Positions 9,381 to 16,353 of a DNA stretch of 24,818 nucleotides are shown in pieces. Both the position numbers and the translations under genes were made by a program. The notes beneath the pieces were generated by a model. It made no database searches. It saw nothing but the letters and a program-made list of their open reading frames with translations, and was not told the DNA's origin. How positions within the stretch are numbered: position 1 is the first letter of the stretch; each line of letters opens with the position of its first letter. Source of the stretch: Methanothrix sp. (GTDB lineage Archaea > Halobacteriota > Methanosarcinia > Methanotrichales > Methanotrichaceae); assembly GCA_037128175.1 (NCBI GenBank), contig JBAXWY010000043.1, positions 1-24,818 on the forward strand, written 5' to 3'.

Positions 9381-9397
9381 AAAAGAGCCTTTATATC
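9381..9397 (+). promoter_or_regulatory. Putative BRE/TATA (AAAAGAGCC-TTTATAT) for gatCAB
   Basis: Purine run followed by TTTATAT at 9390-9396, about 50 nt upstream of ATG 9447. Confidence 0.55.
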
Positions 9398-9446
9398 TGA
9401 TAAGGTGATCTTTCCGCTTTGCAGATGGTTTAATGCGTGGGATGAC

Positions 9447-9728
9447 ATGATCACCAGGGAAGATGTGGAGCACATCAGCTGGCTTGCCAGCATCAAGATC
9501 GAGGATGAGGAGAAAGATGAGTTAGTGGAGCATTTCAACACCATTCTGGAATACTTCCAACAGCTGGATGAGGTGGACACCAAGGGTGTAAAGCCCACCT
9601 ACCGTGTGGTAGACCTGGCCAATATCTTTCGAGAGGATGCGGCCTGTGAATCCTTCTCCCAGGACCAGGCGCTCATGAATGCGCCGCGCACAGAAAATGG
9701 CTATTTTAAGAGCCCCAGGATTGTGTGA
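9447..9728 (+). CDS. gatC: Asp-tRNA(Asn)/Glu-tRNA(Gln) amidotransferase subunit C
   Basis: MITREDVEHISWLA...ILEYFQQLDEVDT...FRED...NAPRTENGYFKSPRIV, directly before gatA. Start moved to ATG 9447. Confidence 0.95.
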   Translation: MITREDVEHISWLASIKIEDEEKDELVEHFNTILEYFQQLDEVDTKGVKPTYRVVDLANIFREDAACESFSQDQALMNAPRTENGYFKSPRIV

Positions 9729-11149
9729 TCATGCTCTCTGAATTAAAAGCCAGGCTAAAAGCCGAATCATGCGAGGAATATCTTTGCCGGCTCTTTGAGA
9801 AAATCGAGAAGAGTTCGCTCAATGCCTTCACCACTTTGGCCAAAGAGAGCGCATTAAAAGAGGCCAGACTGTTCGACAAAAATCCCGGAAAGGGCCTTTT
9901 GGCGGGAGTTCCTATCGCCATCAAAGGGAGCATCTCCACCAAGGGAATTGAGACCAACTGCAGTTCAAGAATACTGCGCGGCTATATCCCGCCCTATGAT
10001 GCCCACGTTATCGAGCGCCTCAAGGCGGAGGGGGCCATCATCGTTGGAAAGACCAACATGGACGAGTTTGCTATGGGCACCTCCACTGAGACGAGCTGCT
10101 TTGGGCCGACAAAAAATCCCTGGGATCAGGCATGCGTTCCGGGCGGCTCCAGCGGCGGCAGCGCGGCTGTGGTGGCAGGAGGTGAAGCCCCATGCGCGTT
10201 GGGCTCGGATACGGGCGGCTCAGTTCGCTGTCCGGCATCCTTTTGCGGCATTGTGGGGCTCAAGCCCACCTACGGCCTGGTCTCGCGCTATGGCCTGGTG
10301 GCCTATGCCAACTCCCTGGAGCAGATCGGCCCGCTCACCCACACCGTCGAGGATACCGCTCTTCTCATGGAGGCCATATCTGGGCACGATGAAAGGGATT
10401 CCACCTCGGCAGAAGGGGCACGCCATAGTTATTTGCCCGGCCTAGAGGATGGCGTCGCCGGCCTTAAGATAGGTATTCCCAAGGAGTACTTCGGCGAGGG
10501 AGTGGACAAAGATGTGGAAAAGGCGGTTTGGGAGGCCATTGCCACCCTTGAGTCGTTGGGTGCATCCTGGCAGGAGATCAGCCTGCCTCATACCCGCTAT
10601 GCTCTGGCCGCCTACTACGTCATCGCCATGAGCGAGGCCTCATCCAACCTGGCCCGCTTCGATGGCCTGCGCTATGGCTCACGCCAGGGAGAAGACAAGG
10701 ACTGGCATACTACTTTTTCGGAAATTCGCGCCAAAGGTTTCGGCCCAGAGGTGAAGAGGCGCATAATGCTGGGAACCTATGCCCTCTCTGCCGGCTATTA
10801 CGGCCGATACTACCTCAAAGCTCTCCAGGTGAGAACGCTCATCAAAGAGGACTTCCTTCGCGCCTTCAAAGATGTGGATCTTCTCGCTTCGCCAACCATG
10901 CCCATTCCCGCCTTCAAGATTGGCGAGCGCATCAACGATCCGCTCTCCCTCTACATGGCCGATGTCTTCACCGTGCCCATCAATCTGGCGGGCGTTCCCG
11001 CCATCTCGGTACCCTGCGGCTTTGCCGGACATCTGCCCGTGGGCCTGCAGCTCATCGGCCCACACTTTTGTGAAGCGGCAGTGCTGCGTGCTGCGCAGGC
11101 CTTCGAATCGGCCACACCTTTCCATGAAGCCAAGCCGGAGGGGATCTAG
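9725..11149 (+). CDS. gatA: Amidotransferase subunit A (amidase signature); start may be ATG 9731
   Basis: GKTNMDEFAMG, PGGSSGGSAA, GSDTGGSVRCPA, SEASSNLARFDG, FGPEVKRRIMLGTY. Confidence 0.97.
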   Translation: MIMLSELKARLKAESCEEYLCRLFEKIEKSSLNAFTTLAKESALKEARLFDKNPGKGLLAGVPIAIKGSISTKGIETNCSSRILRGYIPPYDAHVIERLKAEGAIIVGKTNMDEFAMGTSTETSCFGPTKNPWDQACVPGGSSGGSAAVVAGGEAPCALGSDTGGSVRCPASFCGIVGLKPTYGLVSRYGLVAYANSLEQIGPLTHTVEDTALLMEAISGHDERDSTSAEGARHSYLPGLEDGVAGLKIGIPKEYFGEGVDKDVEKAVWEAIATLESLGASWQEISLPHTRYALAAYYVIAMSEASSNLARFDGLRYGSRQGEDKDWHTTFSEIRAKGFGPEVKRRIMLGTYALSAGYYGRYYLKALQVRTLIKEDFLRAFKDVDLLASPTMPIPAFKIGERINDPLSLYMADVFTVPINLAGVPAISVPCGFAGHLPVGLQLIGPHFCEAAVLRAAQAFESATPFHEAKPEGI

Positions 11150-11151
11150 AA

Positions 11152-12567
11152 ATGGATGACGTCATCATTGGTCTTGAGATACACGTGCAGCTCAACCGCC
11201 TGCAGTCCAAGATGTTCTGCAGCTGCTCCACGGCCTACCACGATTCTCTGCCCAACAGCCATACCTGCCCGGTCTGCCTGGGGCTGCCCGGCTCTCTGCC
11301 CGTGATCAACAAGAAAGCCGTAGAGTATGGCATCAAGGTGGGCCTGGCCTTGAACTGCAAAATTGAAGAGGAGACGCTCTTCTACCGCAAGAACTACTAC
11401 TACCCGGACCTTCCCAAGGGCTTTCAGATCAGCCAGTACGACTATCCTCTGGCCGTACAGGGCCACATCATGATCCTGGGCGACGACGGCGCGGAACGAA
11501 ATATTCGCATCAACCGGGCGCATATGGAGGAGGACCCCGGCCGGCTGGTGCATGCCGGCACCATTGACAAAGCCAAGTACACCATGGTGGACTACAACCG
11601 CTGCGGCATGCCGCTCCTGGAAGTGGTAACCGAACCGGACCTGTGCTCACCCAAAGAAGCGCGCGTCTTCCTGGACAAGCTCAAAAGCATTCTCGATTAT
11701 CTGGATGTCTTCGACGGCACACAGGAAGGGTCCATGCGCATCGATGCCAACATCTCCCTCAAAGGAGGAGACCGGTCCGAGGTCAAGAACATCACCGGCT
11801 TCAAGGGCGTGGAAAAGGCCCTCTCCTACGAGATCACCCGGCAAAAGAACTTGCAGCGCAGGAACATCAAAGTAGTGCAGGAGACGCGCCACTTCGATGA
11901 GTTGCGTAACATCACCGTCTCCATCAGAAGCAAAGTGGGCGCGCACGACTACCGCTACTTCCCGGAGTGTGACCTGGCGGTCATGCGCATTGCTCCCTGG
12001 GTACCGACGATAAGAGCAGCGCTCCCGGAGCTGCCCGACATTAAACGGGAGAGGTTTGTCAAGCAGTACAACCTGGCGGATGATCATGCCAAATCCTTAA
12101 CCTCAGAGATCAAGCTGGCCAACTTCTACGAAGCCGTAGCCGCACAGGCCGCACCCAAGCTGGCCGCGGTCTGGATCGCCGACGTGCTCAAGGGCGAGCT
12201 GAACTATCGCGACCTCGGTATTGAGAGCTTCCGAGAAGAGCACATGGCCGAGATTGTGCAAATGATCGAGCAGAGCAAGATCAGCGAGGACGGAGCGGTG
12301 CAGATCATACGCGAGCTGCTCGATAAGAAGGGCGGCACGCCTGGAGAAATCGTCCTGGCCCTGGGCCTATGCAAGGCGGAGGACGATGCCGTGCAAAAAG
12401 CCGTGCGTGAAGCCGTGGCGGAGAGCGCCGCGGCTGTGGCGGACTACAAAGCAGGCAGCGAGAGGGCCCTGAATTTCGTAGTGGGTTTGGTCATGAAGAA
12501 GACGCGCGGCAAGGCCGATGCTGGCGAGGTGCACCGGCTGGTAAAGGAAGAGGTGGAGAAGGCCTGA
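11152..12567 (+). CDS. gatB: Amidotransferase subunit B
   Basis: IGLEIHVQL, CPVCLGLPG, RKNYYYPDLPKGFQISQ, HMEEDPG, DYRYFPE, and a C-terminal YqeY-like domain. Confidence 0.97.
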   Translation: MDDVIIGLEIHVQLNRLQSKMFCSCSTAYHDSLPNSHTCPVCLGLPGSLPVINKKAVEYGIKVGLALNCKIEEETLFYRKNYYYPDLPKGFQISQYDYPLAVQGHIMILGDDGAERNIRINRAHMEEDPGRLVHAGTIDKAKYTMVDYNRCGMPLLEVVTEPDLCSPKEARVFLDKLKSILDYLDVFDGTQEGSMRIDANISLKGGDRSEVKNITGFKGVEKALSYEITRQKNLQRRNIKVVQETRHFDELRNITVSIRSKVGAHDYRYFPECDLAVMRIAPWVPTIRAALPELPDIKRERFVKQYNLADDHAKSLTSEIKLANFYEAVAAQAAPKLAAVWIADVLKGELNYRDLGIESFREEHMAEIVQMIEQSKISEDGAVQIIRELLDKKGGTPGEIVLALGLCKAEDDAVQKAVREAVAESAAAVADYKAGSERALNFVVGLVMKKTRGKADAGEVHRLVKEEVEKA

Positions 12568-12610
12568 GCCCGCAGGCCCACCAGCCTGCCATCTTTTGGC
12601 CGATGGCCTT
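12561..12610. terminator. Two short hairpins at the gatB 3' end / island boundary
   Basis: GGCCTG-agcccg-CAGGCC (12561-12578) and GCCATC-ttttggcc-GATGGC (12588-12607). Confidence 0.3.
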
Positions 12611-12612
12611 TA

Positions 12613-12787
12613 TCACGTGGTAATCCGCTCGATGCCCGCCTCTGCCGGGCTTCGCTCGGTTTCGTTCACGTTCTGCACCACATCCCCAAATAGCACTCGT
12701 GTCCAGTCCTTGCGGTCGAATAACGGCAGCTTGGACCAGTCCGGATTGGGCAGGAGGGTCTCCTTGCGCCGGGATAATGTCGGTCAC
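12613..12787 (-). pseudogene. hsdS: Frameshifted, truncated 5' fragment of a type I restriction-modification specificity subunit
   Basis: Removing one C from the run at 12756-12758 gives MTDIIPAQGDLLPNPDWSKLPLFDRKDWTRVLFGDVVQNVNETERSPAEAGIERITT*. WxxVxFGDVVxNVNE...GIER is a typical HsdS N-terminal pattern. Confidence 0.7.
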
Positions 12788-14356
12788 CTATCTGCCCTCA
12801 GCAAGCCAGGCCCTGCCTTTCTCGGTGAGGCGGTATTTCTGCAGGCGGCTGGTGGGCTTGTCCGGAATGGTGCGTTCCAGCAAACCATCCTGGATCAGTG
12901 GAATGAGGTAGTTGGCCTGAAATGTCTTCCAGTGGTGCAGGTTGAGATGCTCCATGATCTCCCGTGCCGTTCTTGGCCTTTGGCAGAAGATGGCGACCTG
13001 TGCGGTGACTTGTGCGATGACTTGTGCGGTCGCTCCGGGAAAGGCCCGTTTAACGTCGCTCAAGGCATACTCCCATAGCATCTTATCGCTCTCCTTGACC
13101 TTTGTGGCGATCTTTTCAGGAACTTGTGCAAAGGCTGCTTTCTTGGGCCGCCGCATTATCTGGATGAACTGCCCGTTCTCCCCCCTAAACTCGGGTACGG
13201 GCAGACCCGCTTCCGCACAAAGTCTGACCATGTCGAGAGTTCCTGTGCCGGCTCTCTCGATATAGCGGGTCAGGAATAGCGGCTCGGCGATGAGCGGGTT
13301 ATGCGGGATGGAGGGATGCGGCTCGCATAATGACTGGAAGCTGAGCTGCGGTGGCAGCTCTCCCGGATTCCAGACCTCCAGCCTGTCAGAGAAAAGCATG
13401 ACCTGAACCGAGGCGTTGGAGGCATAGTCGCGGTGGGCAACGGCATTGACGATGGCCTCGGCCACGGCCTGGGGCGGAAGCTCGTATGTGACCGGAGCCT
13501 GCGGACCGTGGGCACGGGTTCCCACAGCGCGGTCAATCTTCGAGAGCACGAAATCAACGGACTGGTCCACCATCTCGAAGACGGTGCCGTTGAATACCTG
13601 GTAAGAAGGAATGGGCTTGCTGATTTCCGTGCCGTGAAAGTGCAGGCACTTGACAAGTGATGTGGGCAGGAATCGCTGTGGCTCCTTGCCGAAAAGCAGG
13701 ACCGCAGCGTGGGTAGGGTGCTCTCCATCGAAAAGGTTCAAGTGCGTCAACACCGTTTTGAGTGGCGTGCGCTGGCCGAGCCGGTAACCGCGCTCAGCCT
13801 TGGCACGAGCCAGGAAGTCTGCAACTCTTCGATTAGAGATATCGTTAAGACTTGCCAGCGGGCAGGCGGAAGCGTCGAATGGGCCGGAGTGGATGGCACC
13901 GATGCGCACCAGGTGGTCCACGAGGCTCGCATAAAGCCCGGCCTTCAGATCCGTCACGCTGTTGAACCGTCGACGAATGAGCTCGGCACCCGCTTTGCGG
14001 ATAAGATCAAGCATCAATGGATGACGCATCTTGTCGTCCGAACCTTTTACGAATATCAAGCGGGCTCTGCCTTTAGCCTTGGCACGATCGAATTCGCGTT
14101 CCGTGGGGGAGCGACCTTTGGCATCTTCGCTGCCGTATTCGTTGCCGAATAGCCCCACATAGATGTCGCAGCGGTCCACTTCTTCGAGATAAACCTCGTC
14201 CGCCCTACGATCCGACGCAGGGAGGTTCTCGAACAAAAACACATCGAAGAACCGCCGAAGTAGTGCATCGCCCTCGACGAAATCGTGTACGGCGCGCCTT
14301 TCAGATGCCAGTTCTTTCTGCACGGAACTGACGAATATGCGATACTTTTCGATCAC
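12788..14356 (-). CDS. DUF4062 (TIR-like) - HATPase_c_4 (RecG C-terminal-like ATP-binding) - C-terminal wHTH protein, paralogue 1
   Basis: RIFVSSVQKELASER and DIYVGLFGNEYGS...TEREF (DUF4062); AEAIVNAVAHRDY, DRLEVWNPG, NPLIAE, IERAGTG (HATPase_c_4); C-terminal TIPDKPTSRLQKYRLT. Confidence 0.85.
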   Translation of the reverse strand: MIEKYRIFVSSVQKELASERRAVHDFVEGDALLRRFFDVFLFENLPASDRRADEVYLEEVDRCDIYVGLFGNEYGSEDAKGRSPTEREFDRAKAKGRARLIFVKGSDDKMRHPLMLDLIRKAGAELIRRRFNSVTDLKAGLYASLVDHLVRIGAIHSGPFDASACPLASLNDISNRRVADFLARAKAERGYRLGQRTPLKTVLTHLNLFDGEHPTHAAVLLFGKEPQRFLPTSLVKCLHFHGTEISKPIPSYQVFNGTVFEMVDQSVDFVLSKIDRAVGTRAHGPQAPVTYELPPQAVAEAIVNAVAHRDYASNASVQVMLFSDRLEVWNPGELPPQLSFQSLCEPHPSIPHNPLIAEPLFLTRYIERAGTGTLDMVRLCAEAGLPVPEFRGENGQFIQIMRRPKKAAFAQVPEKIATKVKESDKMLWEYALSDVKRAFPGATAQVIAQVTAQVAIFCQRPRTAREIMEHLNLHHWKTFQANYLIPLIQDGLLERTIPDKPTSRLQKYRLTEKGRAWLAEGR

Positions 14357-14454
14357 GATTTCACCATCATGATATCAGGGTTGGTTACGTCCTGCTTGAA
14401 CTGGCGGCGATCTTCGCCCAAGGCGACGCCTGCTTTGAGTTCCTTCAGAGACAT
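14353..14454 (-). pseudogene. 33-aa stub resembling the N-terminus of a Schlafen/AlbA_2-domain protein
   Basis: MSLKELKAGVALGEDRRQFKQDVTNPDIMMVKS*, compared with the recalled AlbA_2 pattern L-x3-I-x2-GEDSxxQFKxxxxN. GGAG SD upstream. Its TGA overlaps the GTG of the DUF4062 gene. Confidence 0.55.
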
Positions 14455-14514
14455 TGCGAGATAATCTCCTTCCAACAATGCATATTGCACTTACCCTCGT
14501 TTGACGCGATCCGG

Positions 14515-14574
14515 CTAAAAGGCGATCTCGGGATTCAAGCGGATGTCTCCCCGCGCCGGGAAGATGTCGTTCAT
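14515..14574 (-). pseudogene. Second, shorter stub homologous to the start of the hsdS fragment
   Basis: MNDIFPARGDIRLNPE aligns with MTDIIPAQGDLLPNPD. ATGA overlap with the stop of paralogue 2. Confidence 0.55.
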
Positions 14575-16073
14575 GCTTTTCCCCCGGCAAGCCAGGCCCT
14601 GCCTTTCTCGGTGAGCCGGTATTTCTGCAAGCTGCTCCTGGGCTTGTCTGGTCTGGTCATTTCGATCAGACCATCAGCCAGCAAAGGATTGATGACTTGT
14701 TGCCGGAACTTGGTGCGGTCGCTTCGCCCAGAGATGGCCAGAAGTTCAAGCAAAGTCGCATCTGCAACGCATTTTTCCAGGATCGCAACTTGGTGCTTAC
14801 TTAGTGCCAACTTGGTGCCGACTTGGGGGGTGCTCTGCCCGCTGACCGCTTTGAGAGCCAGCTCCGGCCTTCTGCGGATGATGGTGACAAAGCCGTCCGT
14901 CAGGTAGAATTCCGGTTCCAGCAGGCCGGCATTGCGGCAGCGTTCAATCATGTCCCCGACGCCAGTGCCCATGCGTTCGATGTATTTGGTGAGATAGAGC
15001 GATTCCGCAAGCAGAGGATTGCCGGGAACCGAGCCATGCGGATGCCGGAGCTTTTCCAGTGTCAGTGTAGGCGGTAAAGTGCCGGGGTTCCATACCTCCA
15101 GCCGATCGGAGAAGAGCATCACCTGAACGCTGCCGTTGCTGGTGTAGTCACGATGGGCTACCGCGTTGACGATCGCCTCTCGCACCACCTCAGGCGGCAT
15201 CTCGTAAGCCACCGGTGCCTGGTTGCTCTTCTCTCGCGTGCCTACAGCCAGATTGATCTTGGAGAGCACAAAATCCACAGCCTGGTCCACCAGATCGAAG
15301 GCGGTTCCCTTGTAAACCTGGTAGAATGGAATGGGCTTTCGGACATCGGTTCCATGGAAATGAGCGCATTTGACTTCAGAAGAGATAAGAAAACGCTGTG
15401 GCTTATTGCCGAAGAGCAGAACCGCGGCGTTGGTCGGCAGTCCGTTCTTGAGCAGGTTAAGGTGCTCCAGTACATGAACGGGGAGGGTGTCTTCTGAAAG
15501 CGGAAAGCCTCGGGCGCGGCGGGCAATTCCCAGGAAGAGCCGAATTTTCTCGGAGGAGAGGTCTTCCATAGTGGCGTCTAGACAGGGGGCCGCATCGAAG
15601 GGACCGAAACGAAGCAACTCTTTAGCGGCGAGAAAGTCCACCAAACTAGCGTAAACGGAAGGCAGCAGCTCTTCGGTGGAGCGGAACCGGCGTCGAATCA
15701 ATTGTGCGCCAGCTTCTGCGATCAATGCCTGCATTTTGGGATGCTTATCCGAATCGTTTGCCCCTTTGACGAAGACCAGGCGATGTTTGCCAAGGCGGGT
15801 GGCTTCGCAAAATTCGCGGTGAGTGGGAGAGATGCCATCTTTGTCCTCACTTCCGTATTCATTGCCCAGTAGGGCTACATAGATGTCAGAGGAGCCCACC
15901 TCGGCGAGGTAGACCGTGTCGGCGCGCCGGTCGACTGCGGGAAGGTCTTCGAAGAGGAAAACATCGAAGAACCGGCACAGCAATGCATCATCTCTGAGGT
16001 AAGCCTTGAGTGCTCGCCGTTCTTTCTCCATTTCCTTTTGCACGGAACTGACGAATACCTTTAGGCGAATCAT
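14571..16073 (-). CDS. DUF4062 (TIR-like) - HATPase_c_4 - C-terminal wHTH protein, paralogue 2
   Basis: KVFVSSVQKEMEKER, DIYVALLGNEYGS...THREF, REAIVNAVAHRDY, IERMGTG, PDKPRSSLQKYRLT. Colinear with paralogue 1 except in the linker/wHTH region. Confidence 0.85.
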   Translation of the reverse strand: MIRLKVFVSSVQKEMEKERRALKAYLRDDALLCRFFDVFLFEDLPAVDRRADTVYLAEVGSSDIYVALLGNEYGSEDKDGISPTHREFCEATRLGKHRLVFVKGANDSDKHPKMQALIAEAGAQLIRRRFRSTEELLPSVYASLVDFLAAKELLRFGPFDAAPCLDATMEDLSSEKIRLFLGIARRARGFPLSEDTLPVHVLEHLNLLKNGLPTNAAVLLFGNKPQRFLISSEVKCAHFHGTDVRKPIPFYQVYKGTAFDLVDQAVDFVLSKINLAVGTREKSNQAPVAYEMPPEVVREAIVNAVAHRDYTSNGSVQVMLFSDRLEVWNPGTLPPTLTLEKLRHPHGSVPGNPLLAESLYLTKYIERMGTGVGDMIERCRNAGLLEPEFYLTDGFVTIIRRRPELALKAVSGQSTPQVGTKLALSKHQVAILEKCVADATLLELLAISGRSDRTKFRQQVINPLLADGLIEMTRPDKPRSSLQKYRLTEKGRAWLAGGKA

Positions 16074-16170
16074 CTCAGGCTACACTCCTGCCAGCGGACT
16101 GAGGCAAGGCTTGCATCGGCTCCAACGGAATATTTGCAGGCCATAGCGACAACCGTTGATCTCCCCTCCA

Positions 16171-16202
16171 GATGCATGAAACAATGCGATGCATGATATA
16201 AA
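16171..16202 (-). promoter_or_regulatory. Putative TATA box (TTTATAT) with adjacent GATGCATGA repeat pair
   Basis: atataaa at 16196-16202; GATGCATGA at 16171 and 16188. Confidence 0.4.
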
Positions 16203-16353
16203 TCTTGGTTCAGGGACTTCCTTAACCTGGGACCAATGGGCGGCATCGAGGATCATCTGATTGAATAGAAATATAAACTCACAAAACTATAGACAACAAT
16301 AACTCTTGACGGTCCAATATTACCGCATCCAGAATCACGACCGGTGAACGACA

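Noticed and set aside
12491-12787. 98-aa ORF as a real protein
   Set aside because: It overlaps gatB antisense and is better explained as the out-of-frame read-through of the hsdS fragment.
12788-16073. Annotation as RecG helicase or Fic toxin
   Set aside because: No SF2 helicase motifs and no HPFxxGNGR Fic motif. Only accessory domains named after those families are present.
16070-16177. Short minus-strand ORF (..SLASVRWQECSLR*) overlapping the paralogue 2 start as an hsdM 3' remnant
   Set aside because: The resemblance is too weak to support by eye; BLASTX would be needed.
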